A program made the translations under genes and the position numbers. A DNA stretch of 64,000 nucleotides from a virus (Duplodnaviria > Caudoviricetes). This document shows positions 38,146 through 47,291 of the stretch, piece by piece (position 1 is the first letter of the stretch; each line of letters starts with the position of its first letter). The DNA lies in IMG/VR virus record IMGVR_UViG_3300020450_000008. One strand, written 5' to 3'. The notes under the pieces are model-generated. The model made no database searches. It saw nothing but the letters and a program-made list of their open reading frames with translations, and was not told the origin of the DNA.

Positions 38146-39003
38146 ATGATAAATCCAAAAGAGGTGCCTTCTCAAAAAGGTTATTTGAAGGCTCCAAAAC
38201 CAATACCAAAAACGGAATATAGAGGTATCATAATTTTTTCAAATAAAAATTGTGGATCAAAAGGTGTGGTGCGATTTTTGACTTATCAAATATATGAGCA
38301 AATACCATATCAAGAAATGTATGATACACTTGAATCTATGGGTTATAAGGTAAACAAAAATTTAAAATGGGACGACAAATATTGTGATGGTGATGGTATA
38401 TTTGATGATGTCATAAAACAATTTCAAGAAGATAATGACTTAGAGAAAGCAAGAGTTGCCATAAGAACTGTTCTATCTTTTAGACCTATCATGAGAGTAT
38501 TGACTGAAAATGTACCACATGTATTATTGCTTGAAATGCTTCAGTGTTTAAACTATTATCAGGTAAGCGCATTATTAGTCTATAGAAGAAGCTCTGTTGA
38601 AAGACTTTTACAAAACCATGATGATAATAACGATATAGATAAACTAATTGAAGATGAAAAGAAATGTCGTGAAGCCAATCTTTATACGTGGAAATATTTA
38701 CAGAAATATAATTCTATATTTGCATCTGTTACTTCTGAAGATCTTTATTTTATTCAATGTACGCCAATACTAATGATGACGTTTCAATGGATATGCGCTT
38801 CATATATACCATTTATGGACTATCATGTGAATTTTAGATTTACTTTTATTAGAGAACATGATATAATAATAAATAAGAGTTATTTAAATGATGACGCTAT
38901 ACTTATAAGTAGAAAATTAGAAGAATTAGGAGAAAGACCAACTTTTGCTAATATGCACATTCTTACAAGTAAGTATTTTAGACAACTAGGCAAAGTGGGA
39001 TAA
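38146..39003 (+). CDS. Hypothetical protein, possibly a degenerate sulfotransferase-fold (Stf0-like) protein
   Basis: IIFSNKNCGSKGV resembles the PAPS loop (xxRSGST); also LLVYRR and VTSEDL (cf. VxYEDL). Key residues are diverged. Confidence 0.35.
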   Translation: MINPKEVPSQKGYLKAPKPIPKTEYRGIIIFSNKNCGSKGVVRFLTYQIYEQIPYQEMYDTLESMGYKVNKNLKWDDKYCDGDGIFDDVIKQFQEDNDLEKARVAIRTVLSFRPIMRVLTENVPHVLLLEMLQCLNYYQVSALLVYRRSSVERLLQNHDDNNDIDKLIEDEKKCREANLYTWKYLQKYNSIFASVTSEDLYFIQCTPILMMTFQWICASYIPFMDYHVNFRFTFIREHDIIINKSYLNDDAILISRKLEELGERPTFANMHILTSKYFRQLGKVG

Positions 39004-39452
39004 TGATGTTAAATTTAGAAGACATACTTAATAAATGGGAAGAAGATAGTAAAATAAATCAAACAGATCTTAGTCATGCATCTATTGAAACAGCAATGGC
39101 ACATTCAAGATATTTGAAATTATTATCGCTAGGAAAATTACAACTTAAAAAATCTCAATTGAATCAAAAAAGTTTATTAAAAGATAAGTGGTTATATTAT
39201 AATAATAAAATGTCAAAAGAAGAAATAGATGAAAAAGGTTGGGATTATGATCCTTTTAAAGGATTAAAGGTTATGAAAACTGACATGAATTACTATTATG
39301 ATTCAGATATAGATATACAAAAGAGCGAAGAAAAAATAGCATATCATAAAACTATAGTTGAAACTCTTCAGGAAATAGTAGAAACTTTAAGATGGCGTCA
39401 TCAAAGTATTAGTAATATTATAAAATGGAAGCAATTTGAATCAGGCGGATAA
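39003..39452 (+). CDS. uvsY: Recombination mediator UvsY
   Basis: WEEDSKI, KWLYY, WDYDPF, LRWRHQSISNIIKWKQF motifs; directly before uvsW. Confidence 0.9.
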   Translation: MMLNLEDILNKWEEDSKINQTDLSHASIETAMAHSRYLKLLSLGKLQLKKSQLNQKSLLKDKWLYYNNKMSKEEIDEKGWDYDPFKGLKVMKTDMNYYYDSDIDIQKSEEKIAYHKTIVETLQEIVETLRWRHQSISNIIKWKQFESGG

Positions 39453-40950
39453 AATAATAATACAGAAAAAGTCTCATAGTTCTATGTTTTTAGGCTGTGA
39501 TTTTGGAGTTGCTGCCGAACTTAGTGATTTCTTTTCCTTTTTTGTTCCAGGATATAAGTACATGCCTTTATACCGTAACAGAGTATGGGACGGTAAAGTA
39601 AGGTTGTTTAATGCTCAAACAAAAGAGCTACCATGTGGTTTATTGCCATACGTTCAAGAATTTGCTGAAAAAAGAAGATATGCTATAGATTATGAGAATA
39701 GCGACTATGGTCCTCCAGAATCTTTTAATGACGTAGATCCTAATGAAATAATGGACTTTATAAAAGATTTAGATCTTCATAATGGAGGACAACCTATTGA
39801 AATAAGAGATTATCAGTTTAACGCGATATGTGAAAGTATTAAAAGAAAAAGAGCCATAATGTTATCACCCACTGGTTCTGGTAAGTCACTGATAATATAT
39901 GTATTGATGAGGTGGTATTTAGAAAACTTTGATGAAAAAGTACTAATAATAGTTCCAACAACTTCTTTAGTAGAACAGATGTTTGGAGATTTTAAAGACT
40001 ATTCATCTAATGATAATTATTGGAATGCTGATGAGGAATGCCATGTGATATATTCTGGAAAACCTAAAACAAGTATACAAGAAAGAATCTTTATTAGTAC
40101 TTGGCAATCTATATACAAACTACCGTACACTTGGTTTGAGCAGTTTGGTATAACCTTTGGCGATGAATGCCATGGCTTTAAATCAAAATCTTTAACTAAT
40201 ATAATGAATAAGGCAAGACTTTCTGAGTATAGGTTTGGAACGACTGGGACTCTGGACGGCACACAAACTCATCAATTAGTTTTAGAAGGATTATTTGGAA
40301 AGGTTATGAAAGTAACCTCAACAAAAGACTTGCAAGATAAAGACACATTAGCTCCTTTAGATATATTTTTATTAGAGTTGAATTACCCTGATGAAGTAAG
40401 AAAAATGTGCACGGGCTTAAAATATCAAGATGAAGTTGACTTTATCGTAAAATATCAGAAGAGAAATAATTTCATACGTAATTTAGCTCTAGATCAAAAA
40501 GGTAATACATTAGTTCTATTTCAATTTGTCGAGAAGCACGGAAAGGTACTATTTGACTTGATAAATAGTAAGGCTAATGAGAAAAGAAAAGTTTTCTTTG
40601 TTAGTGGTGCTACCGAAACATCTGATAGAGAAGCTATTAGAAAAATAACGGAGGGACAAAAAGATGCTATCATCGTGGCTAGCTTGGGTACTTTTTCCAC
40701 TGGGATTAATATTCGTAATCTCCACAACATCATCTTTGCATCGCCGTCTAAAAGCCAGATTCGAGTTTTACAATCGATTGGAAGAGGACTCCGTAAAACA
40801 GAAGATGGAAGAACCACCAAACTCTACGACATTGCGGATAATCTCCAGCATAAATCGAGAAAAAATTACGCGCTCTCTCATGCAGAGGAAAGATTAAAAA
40901 TTTATAGAAAAGAAAAATTTAATTACAAGGTTGTTAAAGTTAAATTATGA
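39436..40950 (+). CDS. uvsW: DNA helicase UvsW
   Basis: SPTGSGKS, IVPTTSLVEQM, GDECH, GTTGTLDG, QSIGRGLR SF2 helicase motifs. Confidence 0.96.
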   Translation: MNQADKIIIQKKSHSSMFLGCDFGVAAELSDFFSFFVPGYKYMPLYRNRVWDGKVRLFNAQTKELPCGLLPYVQEFAEKRRYAIDYENSDYGPPESFNDVDPNEIMDFIKDLDLHNGGQPIEIRDYQFNAICESIKRKRAIMLSPTGSGKSLIIYVLMRWYLENFDEKVLIIVPTTSLVEQMFGDFKDYSSNDNYWNADEECHVIYSGKPKTSIQERIFISTWQSIYKLPYTWFEQFGITFGDECHGFKSKSLTNIMNKARLSEYRFGTTGTLDGTQTHQLVLEGLFGKVMKVTSTKDLQDKDTLAPLDIFLLELNYPDEVRKMCTGLKYQDEVDFIVKYQKRNNFIRNLALDQKGNTLVLFQFVEKHGKVLFDLINSKANEKRKVFFVSGATETSDREAIRKITEGQKDAIIVASLGTFSTGINIRNLHNIIFASPSKSQIRVLQSIGRGLRKTEDGRTTKLYDIADNLQHKSRKNYALSHAEERLKIYRKEKFNYKVVKVKL

Positions 40951-42311
40951 TCGTCTTAGGACTTAGTGAAGGATACCATGACGCAGGAGCTTGTCTTATC
41001 GAAGATGGAGAGATACTTAGCGCCACTCATGCAGAAAGATTATCACGTAAAAAGAATGATAGATGGCTACATCCAAAACAAAAGTATCTTGAAAATCTAG
41101 CTCATAAAGTTTCTTTCTTTGAAAAGAATTGGCTAAAATTTTCTAGGCAATGGTATTCTGGCCAAAAAGAACTGGCAGACTTTAGATTAAGTAAATATGA
41201 GCACTCCCACTATCATCATGAGTCCCATGCCGCTGCTGGATTTTATACATCTAAATTTGATAAGTGTAACATATTAGTTATAGATGCGATAGGTGAATGG
41301 GATACTGTTTCTGTCTGGGAAGGCTGGATGCATAGAAACAAGCCTAAAATGAAAAAAGTATGGAGTAGAAAATATCCATATTCAATAGGGTTATTTTATT
41401 CAGCTATAACAAAGGCTGTAGGTTTAAAACCACAAGAAGATGAATATATTACTATGGGAATGGCCGCTTATGGAGAGCCTAAATACTACGATGAATATAA
41501 AGAAATATTAGATAATCATAATTGCCATAAGGGTATGCCAAAAGTTTTAAAAGGTTACCCCAATGACATAGCAGCATCAGCGCAACTTTTAGTAGAAGAG
41601 GAAATAATTAAAATAGTTAAAAATCATTGCCATAGTAAAAATTTAGTAATGATGGGTGGAGTTGCTTTAAATTGTGTTGCTAATAGTAGAGTCGCTAAGT
41701 TAGGGAAAAAAATATGGATAATGCCAAATCCTGGAGACTGCGGTTCTGCTCTTGGCGCAGCAGCTTTGACATACGGAAAGAAAATTAATTGGGAACATCC
41801 ATATCTTGGAACAGAAATAAAAGGCAAAATAAATGTTAAAGAAGTTGTGCGCCATCTTCTTAAATACAAATACTGTGGTATTGCTAATGGTTGTGCAGAG
41901 TTTGGTCCTCGCGCTCTTGGTAATAGAAGCCTTATCGCAGATCCTAGAGAAGATATTAAAGACACTGTAAATAAAATTAAACGTAGACAACCATTTAGAC
42001 CGTTTGCGCCCGCGATTTTGGAAGAATACGTAGATGAATATTTTGAAGGCCCGATGAATGAATATATGCAATTTGTAGCTATGGCTAAGCATGATCATTA
42101 TTCTGTTACGCATATTGATGGCTCAGCAAGAGTTCAAATTGTAAAAAGAGATTGTAAGTCAATAATAAGACCATTATTAGAAAGTTGGTATGACAAAACT
42201 AAATGTCCGATGCTACTTAATACGAGCCTAAATATAAAAGGACAACCTATGGTTGACAACGAAAATGATAAACAACAATTCATGAAAGAGTATAAAGTAA
42301 AGGTTTTTTAA
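40947..42311 (+). CDS. Carbamoyltransferase (NodU/CmcH/TobZ family)
   Basis: GYHDAGACL, HHESHAAAG, VIDAIGEW, EDEYITMGMAAYG, GGVALNCVAN, EFGPRALGNRS, RRQPFRPFAP, LLNTSLN motifs. Confidence 0.93.
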   Translation: MIVLGLSEGYHDAGACLIEDGEILSATHAERLSRKKNDRWLHPKQKYLENLAHKVSFFEKNWLKFSRQWYSGQKELADFRLSKYEHSHYHHESHAAAGFYTSKFDKCNILVIDAIGEWDTVSVWEGWMHRNKPKMKKVWSRKYPYSIGLFYSAITKAVGLKPQEDEYITMGMAAYGEPKYYDEYKEILDNHNCHKGMPKVLKGYPNDIAASAQLLVEEEIIKIVKNHCHSKNLVMMGGVALNCVANSRVAKLGKKIWIMPNPGDCGSALGAAALTYGKKINWEHPYLGTEIKGKINVKEVVRHLLKYKYCGIANGCAEFGPRALGNRSLIADPREDIKDTVNKIKRRQPFRPFAPAILEEYVDEYFEGPMNEYMQFVAMAKHDHYSVTHIDGSARVQIVKRDCKSIIRPLLESWYDKTKCPMLLNTSLNIKGQPMVDNENDKQQFMKEYKVKVF

Positions 42312-42785
42312 ATGGAAGATATAAAACAATTAAAGCTTAGCGATGGTGAAGAAATAATAGCAGAGATTCTAGAAGAAGTCGATGACGAACTTTTGGTCCG
42401 CTTACCATTAAGAATAATAAAGGTAGATTTATCTATTGATCGCACTCTCTTTACATTTAAATCTTATATGACATACTCTGAATTTACAGATCAAATAGTT
42501 TCAATAAATTTGTACCACATTATTGCTATTTCAATTCCTCACGAAGATTTATTAGAACAATACGACCGGGCGAAGGAAAAAATTAAAGAATATAAATTAG
42601 AATCTCGTGATCTCAGTATTTACGATACCACAGATTCAGCATTAAAAGACGCATTTAGTACGGTAAAAACAAAAATAAAGAGTGATTTAAAAGACTTTAG
42701 TAAGATTCCTGGAGAAGAGATGGATTCAGCATCATCTAATGTAATATATGTACCGTTTTCTACAGATAAAGACAAGATGCATTAA
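42312..42785 (+). CDS. Conserved T4-like hypothetical protein (Sm-like beta fold)
   Basis: KQLKLSDGEEIIAEI...LPLRI N-terminus is typical of the gene preceding gp55 in marine T4-like phages. Confidence 0.55.
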   Translation: MEDIKQLKLSDGEEIIAEILEEVDDELLVRLPLRIIKVDLSIDRTLFTFKSYMTYSEFTDQIVSINLYHIIAISIPHEDLLEQYDRAKEKIKEYKLESRDLSIYDTTDSALKDAFSTVKTKIKSDLKDFSKIPGEEMDSASSNVIYVPFSTDKDKMH

Positions 42786-42819
42786 CGTATACTCCTCCCA
42801 CTCCAAAAAACCTCTATTA

Positions 42820-42848
42820 ATTATACCATATTTTTAACAGTTTGTAAA
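42820..42848 (-). promoter_or_regulatory. Antisense sigma70-type promoter TTTACA-N17-(TG)-TATAAT
   Basis: + strand ATTATA at 42820-42825 and TGTAAA at 42843-42848, 17-nt spacing, extended -10 TG; same consensus as seven + strand promoters. Confidence 0.75.
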
Positions 42849-42880
42849 CGTTTTTTTTCACATTTTAATTATTTTTTTAG

Positions 42881-42909
42881 TTTACTTTTAGGTGAAAATA
42901 GATTATAAT
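42881..42909 (+). promoter_or_regulatory. Early/middle promoter TTTACT-N17-TATAAT for gp55-47-46
   Basis: -35 at 42881-42886, -10 at 42904-42909. Confidence 0.8.
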
Positions 42910-42933
42910 ATTATTATTGAAAGGTAAAATAGT

Positions 42934-43524
42934 ATGGCGAAACGCAGTAAAAATGTTCATTACGTAAACAATCAAGAGTTTTCTCAAGCTGTTGTTAGTT
43001 ATGTAGGAACTGTAAGAGAAGCAAAAGACGCAAATAAACCAATCCCTGTAGTTACAGATTATGTGGCTACATGTTTTTTAAGAATAGCAGAAAATCTTTC
43101 TCATAAGTCTAACTTTATAAGATACACTTACAGAGAAGAAATGGTTATGGATGCTGTAGAAAACTGCTTGAAAGCTATTGAAAACTACGATATCAATGCT
43201 TCAACTAGAACAGGCAAACCAAATGCTTTTGCGTATTTTACACAAATTATCTGGTACGCGTTTTTGAGAAGGATTTCAAAAGAAAAGAAACAACAAGATA
43301 TTAAAGAAAAGTATCTTTCACAATCAGGTATAGAAGCCTTCCTTCAAGCAGAAGGTGGCGATATGTCTACATCAGTTGTTACTAATTTTGTTGATACACT
43401 TAAAGATAGAATCGATAAAGTTAAGAATTATGATGCTGATTTAAAAGCCTTTGCTCAAAAACAAAAAACTAGAAAAAAGAGAGCGGTAAACGTTGACTCA
43501 GATTTAACTGATTTTTTAAAGTAG
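42934..43524 (+). CDS. gp55: Late transcription sigma factor gp55
   Basis: HYVNNQEF, NFIRYTYREEMVMDAVENC, NAFAYFTQIIWYAFLRRI motifs. Confidence 0.96.
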   Translation: MAKRSKNVHYVNNQEFSQAVVSYVGTVREAKDANKPIPVVTDYVATCFLRIAENLSHKSNFIRYTYREEMVMDAVENCLKAIENYDINASTRTGKPNAFAYFTQIIWYAFLRRISKEKKQQDIKEKYLSQSGIEAFLQAEGGDMSTSVVTNFVDTLKDRIDKVKNYDADLKAFAQKQKTRKKRAVNVDSDLTDFLK

Positions 43525-43539
43525 TAATAGGAAGGAAGA

Positions 43540-44601
43540 ATGAAAGTTGCAATACTGAATGATACCCATTGTGGTATCAGAAACAGTTCTGATGTTTTTT
43601 TAAATAACTCTGCTGATTTTTACGATAAGGTATTTTTTCCTTATTGTCAAGAACACGATATAAAGCAGATAGTACACTTAGGCGATGTATACGATCATCG
43701 TAAGTTTATAAACTTCAGAGCGTTAAATCATTATAGAAAACATTTCTTAAATAAGATTAGAGAATATGGTATGATCATGGACGTTATTCCAGGCAATCAT
43801 GATACGTATTATAAAAATACTAATGAACTGAATTCATTAAAAGAATTGTTAGGTCATTTTATGAATGAGATTCATATCATAATGGAACCTAAAGTTATGG
43901 AATATGGTTCATTAAAAATGGCTTTACTCCCTTGGATAAACGGAGAAAACTATGATAGGTCTATAAACTTTATAAAAGATTGTAAAGCAGACTGGTTAGG
44001 TGGTCATTTAGAACTTAGCGGTTTTGAGATAATGCGCGGTGTTACTCAAATGCATGGAATGGATCATAAATTATTTCAAAAATTTGAATTAGTAATGTCT
44101 GGTCATTATCATGTATCATCTAAAAGAGATAATGTCTGGTATCTTGGAAGTCAAATGGAATTCTTTTGGTCAGATGTAAACGATCCGAAATACTTTCATG
44201 TGATGGATACTGAAACTCGTGAAGTTAAAATGATAAGAAATCCATATACGATGTTTGAAAAAATTCTATATGATGATTCCAAAGAAGACTATACACAAAA
44301 AGACGTAAGCTTTGTTGATAATAAATTTGTTAAAATAGTTGTGATAAATAGAAAAGACTTGTTTACATTTGACTCATTTGTTGATAAAATACAAAATAGG
44401 CCAATACATGATTTAAAGATCGCAGAAAACTTTGATGAGTATCTTGGTGAAAATGTAGAAGACGAATCAATATCTCTTGAGGATACTAGTACTTTACTCG
44501 ATAGTTACGTAGATGCTGTTGATACAGAACTAGACAAGGATAAGATAAAAGTATCTATGAGACAACTATTAAGTGAAGCACAGGCAATGGAAATAGCATG
44601 A
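43540..44601 (+). CDS. gp47: Recombination endonuclease subunit gp47 (Mre11/SbcD-like)
   Basis: Phosphoesterase motifs DTHCG, GDVYD, GNHD, GHLE, SGHYH. Confidence 0.95.
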   Translation: MKVAILNDTHCGIRNSSDVFLNNSADFYDKVFFPYCQEHDIKQIVHLGDVYDHRKFINFRALNHYRKHFLNKIREYGMIMDVIPGNHDTYYKNTNELNSLKELLGHFMNEIHIIMEPKVMEYGSLKMALLPWINGENYDRSINFIKDCKADWLGGHLELSGFEIMRGVTQMHGMDHKLFQKFELVMSGHYHVSSKRDNVWYLGSQMEFFWSDVNDPKYFHVMDTETREVKMIRNPYTMFEKILYDDSKEDYTQKDVSFVDNKFVKIVVINRKDLFTFDSFVDKIQNRPIHDLKIAENFDEYLGENVEDESISLEDTSTLLDSYVDAVDTELDKDKIKVSMRQLLSEAQAMEIA

Positions 44602-46316
44602 TAATATTTGAAGCCATACGTTGGAAAAACTTTCTATCTACTGGAAACAACTGGACTGAAATTAATTTAATAAAATCTAAATCGACTCTTGTCATAGGAC
44701 AAAACGGTGCTGGTAAATCTACAATGTTAGATGCTATATCGTTTGCCTTGTTTGGAAGAGCACATCGTAATATAACTAAATCACAACTCATCAATAGTAT
44801 TAATAATAAAAATTGTGAGGTTGAAGTAAAATTTACCATAGGAAAATCTAAGTTTAGAGTCCTACGTGGAATCAAACCAAACACATTTGAGATTTGGAAG
44901 AATGGCGATATGATAAATCAATCGTCGCATTCCAAAGAGTACCAGAAGATTCTCGAACAGAACATCATAAAGCTTAATCACAAAAGCTTTCATCAGATTG
45001 TTGTGCTGGGATCTTCTTCCTTCATTCCTTTCATGCAACTCTCAGCTCAACATAGGAGAGATGTTATAGAGGATCTTCTGGATATTAATATATTTTCAAA
45101 GATGAATACTATTTTAAAAGAAAAGAACCTTGAAGTTAAAAACAAATTAAAAGAAAATGCACATCAAATAGATCTTATAAAGAATAGTTTAGACTCTCAA
45201 AGAAAATATATTAGAGATATTACTCAAATAAATGAAGATGAAATAAGAGATAGAAATAGAAAAATAGATGAACTTCATGATGAAATACAACTTTTAAATA
45301 CTAAAAATGGAGAACATAGCTTATTCTTAGAAGAAAATTCTGCTATTATAACAAGTAAGTTAAAAGAATATAACGATAAAAAAACTTCTATTCTTCATAA
45401 CAAATCCACCATGGAATCTCAAATCAAATCAATTGTAAAAGATTCTAAGTTCTATGAAGATAACGATAACTGTCCTACATGTTCTCAACCTATTGAACCT
45501 GAGTTTAAAAAACAAAAGATCCAAGAGTGTAAAGCAGAAGCTACTTCTATAAAAACACAATACGATAATATGTTAACTGAATCTCAAGATGTTTTAGATC
45601 TAATAGAAGAATGGAATGGAAAGGCAGAAGAGATACGTAATCGTCAGTCAGAAATAAATGGTAACAATAAAACTATTGAAAGTTTACAGAATCAAGTCAA
45701 CAAGACTCAAGAAGAAATTAAAAAACTTACTTCAAGAGAAGGTGATCTTGGAAAAGCAAATGAAGAACTACAAGACATGATAAATAATCGTGATACTCTT
45801 TTAGAAGATAAACTTACCTTAAATGAAGAACTTGCGTACAACGGAGTTATGGGTGAACTATTAAAAGATACTGGAATCAAAACAAAAGTCATCAAACAAT
45901 ACGTTCCAGTAATTAATAAGTTGGTAAATCAGTATTTACAAGTCTTAGATTTCTTTGTACATTTTAACTTAGATGAAAGTTTTAATGAAACAATAAGATC
46001 AAGACATAGAGATGCTTTCTCATATGACTCTTTTTCCGAAGGTGAAAAACAAAGAATTGACTTGGCTTTATTATTTACTTGGAGACAGATAGCAAAAATG
46101 AAAAACTCTGTTGCTACTAATCTTCTTCTACTCGACGAAACTTTTGATTCATCTCTTGATCATGATGGAGTAGAAAACTTAATGAAGATATTACATACAC
46201 TTGATAATAGTACTAACGTATTTGTAATATCTCACAAAGGAGAAATCCTAGACAGCAAATTCAAAGAAAAGCTTGAGTTTGTAAAAGAGAGAAACTTTAG
46301 TAAATTAATTGCATAA
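44598..46316 (+). CDS. gp46: Recombination endonuclease ATPase subunit gp46 (Rad50/SbcC-like)
   Basis: GQNGAGKST, CPTC zinc hook, FSEGEKQRID signature, LLDE, VISH. Confidence 0.96.
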   Translation: MIIFEAIRWKNFLSTGNNWTEINLIKSKSTLVIGQNGAGKSTMLDAISFALFGRAHRNITKSQLINSINNKNCEVEVKFTIGKSKFRVLRGIKPNTFEIWKNGDMINQSSHSKEYQKILEQNIIKLNHKSFHQIVVLGSSSFIPFMQLSAQHRRDVIEDLLDINIFSKMNTILKEKNLEVKNKLKENAHQIDLIKNSLDSQRKYIRDITQINEDEIRDRNRKIDELHDEIQLLNTKNGEHSLFLEENSAIITSKLKEYNDKKTSILHNKSTMESQIKSIVKDSKFYEDNDNCPTCSQPIEPEFKKQKIQECKAEATSIKTQYDNMLTESQDVLDLIEEWNGKAEEIRNRQSEINGNNKTIESLQNQVNKTQEEIKKLTSREGDLGKANEELQDMINNRDTLLEDKLTLNEELAYNGVMGELLKDTGIKTKVIKQYVPVINKLVNQYLQVLDFFVHFNLDESFNETIRSRHRDAFSYDSFSEGEKQRIDLALLFTWRQIAKMKNSVATNLLLLDETFDSSLDHDGVENLMKILHTLDNSTNVFVISHKGEILDSKFKEKLEFVKERNFSKLIA

Positions 46317-46321
46317 AACTG

Positions 46322-46350
46322 TTTACATTTGTGAAAAAATTTGATATAAT
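46322..46350 (+). promoter_or_regulatory. Early/middle promoter TTTACA-N17-TATAAT for gp45
   Basis: -35 at 46322-46327, -10 at 46345-46350. Confidence 0.8.
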
Positions 46351-46365
46351 AATACTATATAATGA

Positions 46366-47052
46366 TTGGAGTATATAATGGAACTGAATGAAGACACACT
46401 TCAGATATTAAAGAACTTTGCTAGTATCAACTCAAACATAGTGTTTGATGAAGGTAGTACAATTAAAACTATATCTGAAGCAAAAAATATATTATCGGAA
46501 GCTACTATATCAGAAAGCTTTCCACAAAAGTTTGGTGTGTACGATTTAAATGAATTCTTAGGAGTACTTGGTTTAGTTGACAAACCTTCATTAAAGTTTG
46601 AAAAAGACTATGCTACTATTAATGACTCAACTGGTCGTTCAAAAGTAAAATATTTCTTTTCTGATACAGAAATGTTGACCACACCTTCTAAAACAATTAC
46701 AATGCCAGAAGCTGATGTATCTTTTAGTCTTGATGCCGATACACTTGGTAAGATAAGAAGAGCGGCTGGTGCTTTAGGACACAAAGAACTTAAGGTAGAA
46801 CCAAGTGGTGGAGCTGTATCTCTTACCGTTACATCCACAGAAAATTCAACAGCAAATACCTTCTCAATTGATGTAGATGGTACAGCAAACGTTGACAAAT
46901 ACAATTTTATTTTTAATATAAGTAATCTCAAGATGTTATCCGGAGATTATAATGTTGAAATATCTAAGAAACTAATATCTAAATTTACAAATTCTCAAAG
47001 CAATGTAAGTTATTGGATAGCCCTTGAAAAAACATCAACCTATGGAGTATAA
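46366..47052 (+). CDS. gp45: Sliding clamp gp45 (start probably 46378)
   Basis: LQILKNFASINSNI, FGVYDLNEFL, YWIALE motifs; RBS ggag precedes the 46378 ATG. Confidence 0.94.
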   Translation: MEYIMELNEDTLQILKNFASINSNIVFDEGSTIKTISEAKNILSEATISESFPQKFGVYDLNEFLGVLGLVDKPSLKFEKDYATINDSTGRSKVKYFFSDTEMLTTPSKTITMPEADVSFSLDADTLGKIRRAAGALGHKELKVEPSGGAVSLTVTSTENSTANTFSIDVDGTANVDKYNFIFNISNLKMLSGDYNVEISKKLISKFTNSQSNVSYWIALEKTSTYGV

Positions 47053-47057
47053 TAGTT

Positions 47058-47273
47058 ATGGCTGAAGAAGCAAAAACAGAAAACGAACAAGAGAAAAAAG
47101 CTATGGAGCTTTTAAATCAAATATCAAGATCTGCCATTGCAGTGATTGATACCGTAACTCAACGTGGTGGATTCCGCGGTGAAGAACTTTCTACTATTGG
47201 TAACCTACGTGATCAATGTACACAAGGTGTTCAAATAGTCGAAGCATGGAAGCAGGAACAGGCTGAAGCCTAA
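47058..47273 (+). CDS. Small conserved hypothetical protein (paralog of 11062)
   Basis: AVIDTVTQRGGFRGEELSTIGNLRD motif. Confidence 0.65.
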   Translation: MAEEAKTENEQEKKAMELLNQISRSAIAVIDTVTQRGGFRGEELSTIGNLRDQCTQGVQIVEAWKQEQAEA

Positions 47274-47291
47274 TATTGGATAAATTATATT

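Noticed and set aside
38140-38148. TATAAT directly before the 38146 ATG as another leaderless promoter
   Set aside because: No TTTAC-like -35 at 17-nt spacing, and the ATG is only 1 nt after the hexamer, which overlaps the gp3 stop codon.
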